A program made the translations under genes and the position numbers. 64,000 nucleotides of DNA from Pseudomonadota bacterium (GTDB taxonomy: Bacteria > Myxococcota > JACRCW01 > JAFGSX01), in assembly GCA_043821645.1 (NCBI GenBank), contig JBDRCO010000063.1:1-64000 (forward strand), in the 5' to 3' direction. This document shows positions 43,484-52,264 of the stretch, piece by piece. The notes under the pieces were generated by a model. It was not told the origin of the DNA. It saw nothing but the letters and a program-made list of their open reading frames with translations, and did not search any database. The stretch's first letter is position 1. Every line of letters starts with the position of its first letter.

Positions 43484-44694
43484 TCTTCCCCTTCGAGTCC
43501 CTCGTGGGCAGCCTGCACCAGGTTGGCCTGGTGGTCGGCGTGATGATCGGTTTCGGCTTTGGCTTCGTGCTCGAGCGCGCGGGTTTTGGCCGCTCGACCA
43601 AGCTGGCCGCGCAGTTCTACCTGTACGACATGACGGTGTTCAAGGTCATGTTCGGCGCCATCGTCACGGCCATGCTGGGTCTGGTGCTGGGCAACGGACT
43701 GGGCTTGCTCGACCTGGCCAGCCTGTCGGCGGGCGCGGTCTCCAGCACCTTCGTGTGGCCCATGCTCATCGGTGGCTTCGTGCTGGGCATGGGCTTCATC
43801 ATCTCGGGCTACTGCCCGGGCACCTCGCTGGTGGCCACGGCCTCGGGCAACGTGGACGGCCTGTTCACGGTCCTCGGTGTGGTCCTGGGCTCGCTGATCT
43901 TCGGCGAGGTCTACCCGGCCATCGAGGGCTTCTTCCTGTCCGGCAACCAGGGCCAGCTCTTCCTGTACCAGTGGCTGGGCGTGCCCCCGGTGGTGCTGGC
44001 CGGGATCGTCACCGTCGTCGCCATCGCCGCCTTCTTCGGCGCCGAGAAGGTCGAGAAGATCATGACCGCCCGCATCGCGGTGGCGCGCGAGGTGGTCGAC
44101 GAGGAACTGCGCAGCGCGCCGGTGCCTCGACGCTACGCGTTTGGATTTTTCGGCGGCACGCTGGCCGTGGCCCTGGTCACCCTGTTCCTGCCTGTGTCCG
44201 CGCCAGCCCGGGAGCGCCCCACAGATCACGCCCAGGTCGACGTGACCAGCCTGGCCCACCAGATCCTCGACACGCCGTGGAGCCTGCGCATCCTCGACGT
44301 GCGCGATCGCAAGGACTGTTTGGCCGAACGCGTGCCCGGCGCCGAGTGCGTGCCGGTCGCGGACCTGGACAAGCTGGGCCTGGGCTTCGCCGCCGGTCAG
44401 CGCACCCTGGTCGTGGTCGGTGATGCTGCGCTGGGCGAAGTGCCGCAGGAGGCCCTGGCGTATCCGGGCAAGGTGCGCCTGCTCCGGGGCGGCCATGGCG
44501 CCTGGCACGATTTCGCCCTGAGCGATCCCACACCCCCCGACGCCACCGCCAGCGCCGAGGTGCGTGACGCCTTCACCTTCAGAAGTGCCGTGCACGCGGT
44601 CATGACCGGCGCCCGGGCGGCTGCGCCACCACCGGCGGCCCCCGTCGAGGGATTGGTTCCGAAGAAGAAGAAAAAAGAGGGTGGCTGCGGCTGA
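43480..44694 (+). CDS. YeeE/YedE half-subunit fused to a rhodanese-like domain, with KKKKKEGGCG tail
   Basis: GFGFVLERAGF, F.LYD..VFKVMF, GYCPGT; ILDVRD..VPGA..L.GG..AW. Confidence 0.85.
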   Translation: MIFPFESLVGSLHQVGLVVGVMIGFGFGFVLERAGFGRSTKLAAQFYLYDMTVFKVMFGAIVTAMLGLVLGNGLGLLDLASLSAGAVSSTFVWPMLIGGFVLGMGFIISGYCPGTSLVATASGNVDGLFTVLGVVLGSLIFGEVYPAIEGFFLSGNQGQLFLYQWLGVPPVVLAGIVTVVAIAAFFGAEKVEKIMTARIAVAREVVDEELRSAPVPRRYAFGFFGGTLAVALVTLFLPVSAPARERPTDHAQVDVTSLAHQILDTPWSLRILDVRDRKDCLAERVPGAECVPVADLDKLGLGFAAGQRTLVVVGDAALGEVPQEALAYPGKVRLLRGGHGAWHDFALSDPTPPDATASAEVRDAFTFRSAVHAVMTGARAAAPPPAAPVEGLVPKKKKKEGGCG

Positions 44695-44720
44695 TCCACA
44701 CCCGCACCGCGGAGAGAGTG

Positions 44721-45674
44721 ATGCCCGAAATCGACATGGTCCGGCACAGCCTCCAGATCGACCCCCAGCTGACCATCTGGGGCTGGGAGATCCCGCTGTA
44801 CCTCTTCCTGGGAGGCCTCACCGCAGGCCTCATGATCCTGGGTGCGGCGCTGCGCCTGCGCACGGCGGACGATGCTGCGCCACGCTGGGAGCGCTGGCTG
44901 CCCTTCGCGGCGCCGGTGTTGATCAGTCTGGGCATGCTGGCTCTGTTCCTCGACCTCGCCCACCGCGAGCACGTGTGGCGCTTCTACATGGCGTTCAGAC
45001 CCACCTCACCCATGTCCTGGGGCGCGTGGATCTTGATCGCCATCTACCCCGCGACCCTGCTGCTCGGCCTGCAAGGTTTGCAGGACAGCGAGGTGAGCTG
45101 GTTGCGCGCCCTCGCGCCGGTGCGCGCCCTCAAGCTCGACGGTGTGATCACCTGGGCCCGGGAGCTGGCCACGCGCCAGGCTCGCATGCTGTGGTGGAGC
45201 AACATCGTGCTCGGTGTGGCCCTGGGCGCGTACACGGGTTTGCTGCTGGGGACCTTGGCCGCGCGTCCGGCCTGGAACAGCGTCGTGCTGGGTCCCCTGT
45301 TCCTGGTCTCGGGTCTGTCCACGGGCGCGGCCCTGATGATGCTGTTCCCGCTGGGAGAGCGCAGTCATCACCTGCTGCGACGCTGGGACGTGCTCGCCAT
45401 CGTGGTCGAGGTGCTGCTGCTGGGCCTGTTCTTCCTGGGCCTGTCTGCCAGTGCCGGCCCCGCGGGTGATGGCGCCGTGGCCATGTTCTTTGGCGGACGC
45501 TTCACGGCGGCGTTCTGGTCGCTGGTCGTGGCTGCGGGCCTGATCGTGCCCCTGGCCCTGGAGCTGATCGAGGCCAGGCGGGGCTTGCGACCGACGCTGG
45601 TGGCGCCGGCCCTGATCCTCGTCGGTGGGCTATCGCTGCGCTGGATCCTGGTGGCAGCGGGACAGGTGAGCTGA
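44721..45674 (+). CDS. psrC: Polysulfide reductase membrane subunit (NrfD/PsrC family)
   Basis: WGWEIPLYLFLGGL, LFLDL, TSPMSWGAW, YTGLLL, FLVSGLSTG, GGLSLR. Confidence 0.88.
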   Translation: MPEIDMVRHSLQIDPQLTIWGWEIPLYLFLGGLTAGLMILGAALRLRTADDAAPRWERWLPFAAPVLISLGMLALFLDLAHREHVWRFYMAFRPTSPMSWGAWILIAIYPATLLLGLQGLQDSEVSWLRALAPVRALKLDGVITWARELATRQARMLWWSNIVLGVALGAYTGLLLGTLAARPAWNSVVLGPLFLVSGLSTGAALMMLFPLGERSHHLLRRWDVLAIVVEVLLLGLFFLGLSASAGPAGDGAVAMFFGGRFTAAFWSLVVAAGLIVPLALELIEARRGLRPTLVAPALILVGGLSLRWILVAAGQVS

Positions 45675-45709
45675 GCGCTCCGACCGCTCTTCGGCCCGGA
45701 CCTGTCCCT

Positions 45710-46633
45710 TCACGAGTCCCGGTCACAGCCCAAAGATGCACCGACCTGCCGCGAACCTGACCTGGGCGGTGCGCGCAGCAGCACAAGCTCCGAGTAGAGC
45801 CCATCGATCTGATCGGCCCTCAAGCCCCGGGACAGGAACACGCCCTGGCGGTCCCAGCGCACCAGGGACAGCGGCGGGAGTTCCAGTCCTGCCACGAAGC
45901 GGGACGGAACATCGAGCATGCGAACCGCCAGTGCCCGGTGCAGGGCGCGCTTGATGACGTCGACACAGGACAGGAACAGCTCTCCACTCGCGATGTGGTG
46001 AAAGGTCGCGGTGGCGAGGCCCCGCAGCCCGGGATCGATGGTGAACACCGCGTAGCAGTCCCCCCGACGAGTTCTGGCCAGCACGTGATGACCCTCGAGT
46101 CCGACATGATCACGGTGGAGCTGCTGCTGCGCCGGGGTGAGCGAGCGCACCATCCTGCCGTCGTCGACGAAGACCCCGGCGCCCTCTCGACGGCGGCGGG
46201 CCAGTCCCGGCAACACGGGCATGAGCACCCGGCTGGTGTCCAGGGGGGCGAAGCCCAGGCGCCCCCACAGGGGGCGAACGTGCGGCGCGGCGGTGAAATC
46301 GGTGATGGTGTAACCCTGGGCGGCCAGCCTGAAGAGGGGAAACAGCAGCAAGGAACTCTGCGCGCGAAAGGCCGGATCCACGGCCCAGGTGGACAGGCTG
46401 CAGAACTTGTGAACGACCCCATCCACGGGGCGCCGGCTGTAGATATGGCCGATGAAACCCACGATCCTGCCCTCGTCGACCATGCGGTAGCCGCAGCAGC
46501 CCTCGTCGGTGCTCCAGCGCTGTGTGAACAGCTGGGCTATCGTGGCGTGGTCGAGATCCGGGAAATGACGGATCAGGAAGGTGCTGATCGGAGCCTGATC
46601 GCGAGCCGTGGCCGGGTGGATCGATGCCGTCAT
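45710..46633 (-). CDS. GNAT-fold transferase-like protein
   Basis: GRIVGF, LSTWAVDPAFR motif-A-like segment, LWGRLGF; GGGAGG RBS. Confidence 0.6.
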   Translation of the reverse strand: MTASIHPATARDQAPISTFLIRHFPDLDHATIAQLFTQRWSTDEGCCGYRMVDEGRIVGFIGHIYSRRPVDGVVHKFCSLSTWAVDPAFRAQSSLLLFPLFRLAAQGYTITDFTAAPHVRPLWGRLGFAPLDTSRVLMPVLPGLARRRREGAGVFVDDGRMVRSLTPAQQQLHRDHVGLEGHHVLARTRRGDCYAVFTIDPGLRGLATATFHHIASGELFLSCVDVIKRALHRALAVRMLDVPSRFVAGLELPPLSLVRWDRQGVFLSRGLRADQIDGLYSELVLLRAPPRSGSRQVGASLGCDRDS

Positions 46634-46671
46634 GGCAGGTACCCTCCCCTGCGCGCCACCTGCGAGCAGGT

Positions 46672-46944
46672 TCAGGGGCGCGTCCCGCTCGCCGCGACCT
46701 GGGCCACGAGGTGAGCCAGGGATTCAATGGTGTCGAGCGCCTCCAGCGGGAACTCCACGGTGAACAGATCCACTCCGTAACTGTCGGCCACGAACACGAC
46801 GGTCTCGACGATGCCAAAGGAATCGACGAAGAGCTCGCGCACCGGGTTGGTGGACGCGTGGATCTCGCTGGCGCGGTCCGGATAGGTCTCGCGGTAGAAG
46901 GCGAGCAGACCGTCGAGCACCTGCCGGTGGTCCACCGCGCTCAT
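46672..46944 (-). CDS. Stand-alone acyl/peptidyl carrier protein
   Basis: 90 aa acidic protein with LFVDSFGIVE phosphopantetheine-attachment Ser motif and L.TI.SLA helix; ATGA overlap with the PLP gene. Confidence 0.8.
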   Translation of the reverse strand: MSAVDHRQVLDGLLAFYRETYPDRASEIHASTNPVRELFVDSFGIVETVVFVADSYGVDLFTVEFPLEALDTIESLAHLVAQVAASGTRP

Positions 46945-48092
46945 GGGGTCCCCGCGCCTGGTCTCGCCTTCACAGCTTCGAGCGCCTGCGCGAGGTCCGC
47001 GATCAGATCCGCCGCACTCTCGATGCCCACAGACAGCCGCAGCAGCGACGGAGTGAGTCCGATCGTGGCTTTCTCCTCGGGCGTCATGGAGAGGTGGCTC
47101 CCGGAGTACGGTATGGCCACGGCCGAGGTCACGCAGGCCAGGGACGTCCCTCGATCGAAGAGCTGGAGCGCGGCGACAAAGCTCCCGACGGCACTCTCGC
47201 CCGGGTCCTTCAAGGTCAAAAAGATCATGCCGCCGTAGTCGCGCAGCTGAACGCCGTCCACCGTCGGCTGCATCACCTCGGCCACCATCGCGTGAGACGA
47301 CAGGAAGCGCACGATCTGCCGCGTGTTGTCGATGTGGCGCTGCAATCGGAGTTCCAGCGTCTGCAGGCTGCGACGAAGCAGCCAGGCGGCAAAGGGATCT
47401 GGCACGGCCCCGGCATAGAACCGGAACTTGCGGAGCTGCTCGACGATCGTCGGGGACGCGGCGCAGGCGATGCCGAGGATGAGGTCGCTGTGTCCCGAGA
47501 AAAACTTGGAGGCACTGTAGACGACGATATCCGCGCCGTGCTCGAGGGGTCTTTGCAGCAGTGGCGTGGCCCAGGTGTTGTCCACCACGAGGAGCGCGTC
47601 AGGACAGCGCGCCTTGAAAGCCGAGGCGATGGCCCGGATATCGAGGGTCTTCAGGAATGGGTTGGTCGGGGTCTCCAGCACGATCATACGAGGGTGTGCG
47701 TCCAGTGCTGATCGCAGTTGCCCAGGATCCCCCAGATCGACGACGTGCAGGTCTATCCCCAGATGGGCACACTGGTCCTGGATGAAACGGTACGAGCAGC
47801 CATAGATGAGGCGGTTGACGACGAGAACCTCGCCGGGCCGCAGGAGAGATAGGACGGCAGAGATACTGGCCATGCCCGCGCTGTACAGGACGCTGCCCGC
47901 CGCTCCGTCGAGGGCACAGAAGAGCGTTTCGACCTCCTCGAAGTTGGGGTTGCTGTTGCGCGTGTAGAAGTACGGATCTCCGGAACGGAAGGCGCTGGCC
48001 TGGAAGATGGGGGTCGACACCGGGTCGGCATCCTGGTGCTTGATCCGGTGTCGCACCAGCAGCGTCCCCGGGCTTCTCGCAACGCGGCTCAC
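46941..48092 (-). CDS. PLP-dependent Cys/Met-metabolism enzyme (cystathionine gamma-lyase/synthase family)
   Basis: TPIFQASAF, YTRNSNP, SAGMAS, LETPTNP, VVDNTWATP, YSASKFFSGHSD (PLP Lys), LRLSVGIE. Confidence 0.9.
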   Translation of the reverse strand: MSRVARSPGTLLVRHRIKHQDADPVSTPIFQASAFRSGDPYFYTRNSNPNFEEVETLFCALDGAAGSVLYSAGMASISAVLSLLRPGEVLVVNRLIYGCSYRFIQDQCAHLGIDLHVVDLGDPGQLRSALDAHPRMIVLETPTNPFLKTLDIRAIASAFKARCPDALLVVDNTWATPLLQRPLEHGADIVVYSASKFFSGHSDLILGIACAASPTIVEQLRKFRFYAGAVPDPFAAWLLRRSLQTLELRLQRHIDNTRQIVRFLSSHAMVAEVMQPTVDGVQLRDYGGMIFLTLKDPGESAVGSFVAALQLFDRGTSLACVTSAVAIPYSGSHLSMTPEEKATIGLTPSLLRLSVGIESAADLIADLAQALEAVKARPGAGTP

Positions 48093-49489
48093 GAGGCCTC
48101 ACCTGTGCCCGGCGCATCTCCTTGCACGGGGTAGTAGGCCCGATCGAGCAGCCCCAGCACCCGCGGGCTCGCGGCACGATGGTAAAGCCGCAGGCCCCGC
48201 TCATCGGGTCGAGATCTCGACACCATGAAGCGGGGAACCCCGCAGCGGCGTGTCAAACCCAGCGGCTGGCCCTGAGCATCGATGGCGACGTAGCACAGGG
48301 GCTCCGAGGACGTGTTCTCGACGTGCACGCAGGTGATGTCGCCACTCCAGGTGTAGTCCACCTGTCTCCAGGTTTGCAGGTCCTGCACCTCACGGGGTGG
48401 GACGATGTTGTCCGCCGGAGTGGGATCCCAGAACACGATGTCGGGTTGTCCGCCGCAGGCCGGGCAGGTGTGATCGGCGCGCAGATGGTTCGTGAGGGTG
48501 AGGCCGTAGCGCTCGATCAGGGGCTCACCGCAGTCGCAACGCGTGGTGTTGCCCTCTCCCTGCAACAGGTTGCCGGTGTAGACATGGCGGAGTCCCAGCG
48601 CGAGAGCAGACCGTCGTGCACGGTGCAGGAGCTCCACCGAGGTCCGCTCGACGCCGGTGTAGCGATGATCCGGATGAAAGCGCACGTAGTGCAGCGGCAC
48701 CCCGGGTCCCAGCTGTTCAAGAACCCAGCGCGCCACCTTGTCTGTCTCGCGGAGGGTATCGTTGCGCCCTGTGACGACCAGGTTGGAGATCTCCAGGTGC
48801 CGTCCACTGCGCTGAACCTGCCGGATGGCATCCAGCACCGGAGGCAGGCGGCCCCCGGTGTACTTCCGGTAGTACTCGCGGCTCATGGACTTCAGCGAGA
48901 TGCTGAACACGTCGATGACGTCGATGAGTTCGTCCACAGCCCGCGGGCTGATGTAGAACGCGGACTTGTACACGTTGCGCAAGCCGTGCTGCCGGGCCAG
49001 ACGCGCCGCGTCCAGCACGAACTCGTGCCACACCACAGGGTCGTCGTAGGTCCAGCACAGGATGCGGATGCCGGCTTCCAGCGCGCGGCGAACCAGGTCC
49101 TCGGCGCTGTACAGCAGGATGTCCACGTCCTCGGTGAGGACGGCCTGGCTGGTATGCCAGTTGTGGCAAAAATCGCAGCGCAGGTTGCAGCCGATATTGC
49201 CAACGGAGAGCGTCCGCTCACCCGGGCAGTAGTGCCAGATCGCCTCGGTCTCGATGGCATCCTGGGTGATCTGAACGCTCTTGCCATAGTTGAGCGTGAC
49301 CAGGGAGCCCTCCTGGTTCGCCCGCACCTTGCAGTAACCCAGGTGGCCGCGACGCACGTGGCACTGGCGCGGACACAGCTCGCAGATCACCTCGCCCTTT
49401 CCGTCGTCAGAAGGTCGCCACAAGCGCGCCGGATGCGACGTCGCGAGGAGCTTGGCCGGGAGCCTGCTGCCCTTCCAGGTTTCTTTCAC
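48089..49489 (-). CDS. Radical SAM enzyme, AmmeMemoRadiSam (AmrS)-like but divergent, with C-terminal extension
   Basis: CELCPRQC...C, GCNLRCDFCHNW..SQ (CxxxCxxC), LHYVRFHP, VYTGN, C.C...LIER, C..C; GTGA overlaps at both ends. Confidence 0.85.
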   Translation of the reverse strand: MKETWKGSRLPAKLLATSHPARLWRPSDDGKGEVICELCPRQCHVRRGHLGYCKVRANQEGSLVTLNYGKSVQITQDAIETEAIWHYCPGERTLSVGNIGCNLRCDFCHNWHTSQAVLTEDVDILLYSAEDLVRRALEAGIRILCWTYDDPVVWHEFVLDAARLARQHGLRNVYKSAFYISPRAVDELIDVIDVFSISLKSMSREYYRKYTGGRLPPVLDAIRQVQRSGRHLEISNLVVTGRNDTLRETDKVARWVLEQLGPGVPLHYVRFHPDHRYTGVERTSVELLHRARRSALALGLRHVYTGNLLQGEGNTTRCDCGEPLIERYGLTLTNHLRADHTCPACGGQPDIVFWDPTPADNIVPPREVQDLQTWRQVDYTWSGDITCVHVENTSSEPLCYVAIDAQGQPLGLTRRCGVPRFMVSRSRPDERGLRLYHRAASPRVLGLLDRAYYPVQGDAPGTGEAS

Positions 49490-51048
49490 AGCGCCGCCAG
49501 TGCAGCCCGATCGACCTTGCCGTTGGGGCTGCGAGGGAATTCGTCCAGGACGAGAACGGTGGCAGGCACCATGTAAAGAGGAAGTGTCGATAGCAGGTGC
49601 TCCCGCAGCACTGCTGGTCGTGGCGCCTGGCCCGTTCTCGGAACGATGAACGCCACCAGACGTGGTAGCTGGTCCGGGCCGACCTGGAGCAGTGCCACCG
49701 CATCGGCCACGTCGGGGTGCTCGCACAGCACGCTCTCGATCTCACCGAGCTCGATGCGCTGACCGCGCAGCTTGACCTGCTGATCGAGGCGACCCAGGAA
49801 CTCGATGTTTCCGTCCGCAAGAAAGCGCGCCAGGTCACCAGACCGGTACAGGCGGGCCCCGGGTGTCGCGTCAAAGGGATGCGGCACAAATTTCTGTGCC
49901 GTGAGCTCGGGCCGGTTGAGATAGCCGCGGGCGAGACCCACACCGCCGACGCACAGTTCACCCTCGACACCGACCGGGACCGGATGCAGCTCGGGATCGA
50001 GGACATAGAGCTGGAGGTTGGCCAAAGGACGACCGATGGGGGGACCTTGCGTGCCGTAGCATGCGTCCTCGTGGGTGAGGTGGCCAGACACCGTGACCGT
50101 GGCCTCGGCCGGGCCGTAGCAATTGAAGAAGCGCCGCCCGGGCGCCCAGCGTCTCACATTTTCCGTCGTGACGCGCTCTCCCACGGCGATCACGGTGCGC
50201 AGCTGCACAAGATCGCGGCTCGGCATCACCGCCAGCAGCGAGGGCGGGATCAGGGCCATGGTGATGCCCTGCTGCCTGAGCAGCTGCGGAAGTTCCAGGG
50301 CGATGAGACGCGGGTCCAGCCTGGGCAGGACCAGCCGGGCGCCCGCGGCCAGGGCCATGAAGATCTCCCACACCGACACATCGAAGCTGGGGGATGCAAG
50401 CTGCAGCAGGACCGTATTCTCGTCGACGTCAAACATCCGGTTCGAGGCTTCGATGAGGTTGGCCAGCCCCCGGTGCTCGAGGAGAATGCCCTTGGGGCGT
50501 CCGGTCGAACCCGAGGTGTAGATCACGTAGGCCAGGTCCCCTGGCCCGACCCGGGTCGCCGGTGCCACACCCGGCTGCTGCTGGATGCGATCGCTGTCCG
50601 TGTCCAGCCTGACGACGGTACCCGACACGAAGGGTGCCTGGGTGAGCAGGCCCTGCGTGGTCACCAGGAGTCGGGGCCGTGCGTCGTTCCAGATGTGCTC
50701 CAGACGGGTACGTGGGTAGGCGGGATCCAGGCACAGGTACGCCCCGCCGGCCTTGAGCACGGCCAGGATGGCGATGACCATGTCGAAGGACCGCTCCAGG
50801 AAAATGGCCACGATGTCGTCGCCAGCCGTCCCCTCTTGCACCAGCAGCTGCGCCAGCTGGTTGGAGCGCCGGTCCAGCTCGCCAAAAGACATCGAGCCCT
50901 GCGCCGACACGAGCGCGATGGCCTGCGGGCGCTCTGCCACGCGGGCCCCGAAGGCGCCAAGGATGCAGCCCTGACCCACCCCGACCGTGGCGGTAGCGTT
51001 CCACTCGTACAGGATCTGGTGTCGTTCCTGGGGTGTGAGCACGGACAT
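49486..51048 (-). CDS. Stand-alone NRPS-type amino acid adenylation domain
   Basis: LKAGGAY, LAYVIYTSGSTGRPKG, FDVS, YGPAE, GELCVGGVGLARGYL, YRSGDL, GRLDQQVKLRGQRIELGEIE, NGKVDR; ends right after A10 with no T or C domain. Confidence 0.92.
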   Translation of the reverse strand: MSVLTPQERHQILYEWNATATVGVGQGCILGAFGARVAERPQAIALVSAQGSMSFGELDRRSNQLAQLLVQEGTAGDDIVAIFLERSFDMVIAILAVLKAGGAYLCLDPAYPRTRLEHIWNDARPRLLVTTQGLLTQAPFVSGTVVRLDTDSDRIQQQPGVAPATRVGPGDLAYVIYTSGSTGRPKGILLEHRGLANLIEASNRMFDVDENTVLLQLASPSFDVSVWEIFMALAAGARLVLPRLDPRLIALELPQLLRQQGITMALIPPSLLAVMPSRDLVQLRTVIAVGERVTTENVRRWAPGRRFFNCYGPAEATVTVSGHLTHEDACYGTQGPPIGRPLANLQLYVLDPELHPVPVGVEGELCVGGVGLARGYLNRPELTAQKFVPHPFDATPGARLYRSGDLARFLADGNIEFLGRLDQQVKLRGQRIELGEIESVLCEHPDVADAVALLQVGPDQLPRLVAFIVPRTGQAPRPAVLREHLLSTLPLYMVPATVLVLDEFPRSPNGKVDRAALAAL

Positions 51049-51292
51049 CGCGGGCTCGCCTCGGCTCGATGCTCCGGCGGTGTGGTTCTCCTCCCGCACC
51101 CCTCGGGCGCCGCGTTCCATCGCGCTGGATGCCCGCAGGCTCATGCCGCTCCCGTCGTCAGGACGACAGGAATATACCGTGTGCCTCGCACCATGGCCAC
51201 CACTCCCGGGACAGGTCCAGCGCCCTGACAAGAGGTCCTGCCGGCGAGCCTCGGCACCAGCAGGCGTGGTTGGCCAGGCGGGGCTGCGAGGG

Positions 51293-52264
51293 TCAAGAAC
51301 GGTCCCGGCGCGGGCGAGCGACGTGGCCGCGGGAGACACCCCGCACCTCGGCGTCGTTGCCGTACAGAAAACGGATCGCGATCTCGGTGGCGCGAGAGCA
51401 ATACAGGGGTTGGGCGTGACCCACCTTGTTGATGAAGAAGTTCTGGGCCTCACGGTACGGCAACTCGGCGTTCTCCGGCGGCAGGATCATGGGGTCGAAG
51501 TTGTAATGCACCGACGCGAACTGGATCTGAGGCGGCAGGGGCATGGCGTTGAGCGCGGTCAGGAAATCACTGCCCGGAAGCAGCTGCAGGCCACTTTCGC
51601 CCCGCACCTGGCGTGCATAGGGGAGCAGCCCGATGGCCTTGCGCAGACCCTTGTGGGGGATGGCGGCAAGCCCCACCCAGGTGCCCCGATGCGGTGACGA
51701 CAGGAACAGGCACTTGGTGATGGGAAGTTCGCTGGCGAGACCGTGCTGCACCAGGGTGCGGATGATGATGCCGCCCTGGGAGTGACCGACCAGGTAGATC
51801 TCGTCGGCGTGGAGCTGCTGCTGGATCTGGCGCAGCCTGGCCTCGAGCTGCTGCGCCGAGAGCTGGATGTCCTGGCTATAAGGGAAGTCGCCGTAGATGT
51901 AGGTGAAGGCATCGAACACGTCGATACCAAGGTACCGCTCGAGGCGCTGAAAACCCGACGCGAGCTGCATGTAGCCGGGCACGAACACCACCAGCCTGCG
52001 CTGTCCCTGGAAGGCTTCCAGGCGGCGACGGTGATAGTCCTCGTCATACAGAACCTTCTCCGAGACATGGATGGTGCCGTCGATCAGATTCTTGCCCACG
52101 AAGTAGGCTTCCTCGACCACGCTCAGACCCATGTGCAGGGTGCTGCGCAGGCGCTCGGGAGGCAGCAGGAAGGCGTTCAAGGCACGCAGACCCCGGACCA
52201 GCTTGGCCGGCACCCGGTCCAGCTTGCGAATGGCGTCGCTGTCGGAACGGTACCGGGTGCTCAA
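51293..52264 (-). CDS. Alpha/beta-hydrolase (lipase/esterase-like)
   Basis: VVFVPG, LVGHSQGG nucleophile elbow, SSPHRGT, GSDFL..LN, GH. TTG start overlapping the aminopeptidase stop is inferred (alternative: the ATG of MGLSVVEE). Confidence 0.8.
   Translation of the reverse strand: MSTRYRSDSDAIRKLDRVPAKLVRGLRALNAFLLPPERLRSTLHMGLSVVEEAYFVGKNLIDGTIHVSEKVLYDEDYHRRRLEAFQGQRRLVVFVPGYMQLASGFQRLERYLGIDVFDAFTYIYGDFPYSQDIQLSAQQLEARLRQIQQQLHADEIYLVGHSQGGIIIRTLVQHGLASELPITKCLFLSSPHRGTWVGLAAIPHKGLRKAIGLLPYARQVRGESGLQLLPGSDFLTALNAMPLPPQIQFASVHYNFDPMILPPENAELPYREAQNFFINKVGHAQPLYCSRATEIAIRFLYGNDAEVRGVSRGHVARPRRDRS

Noticed and set aside
44680-44720. Selenocysteine readthrough at GGCG-TGA of the YeeE-rhodanese gene
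   Set aside because: No convincing SECIS hairpin after the TGA; the short downstream region holds the psrC RBS and another in-frame stop
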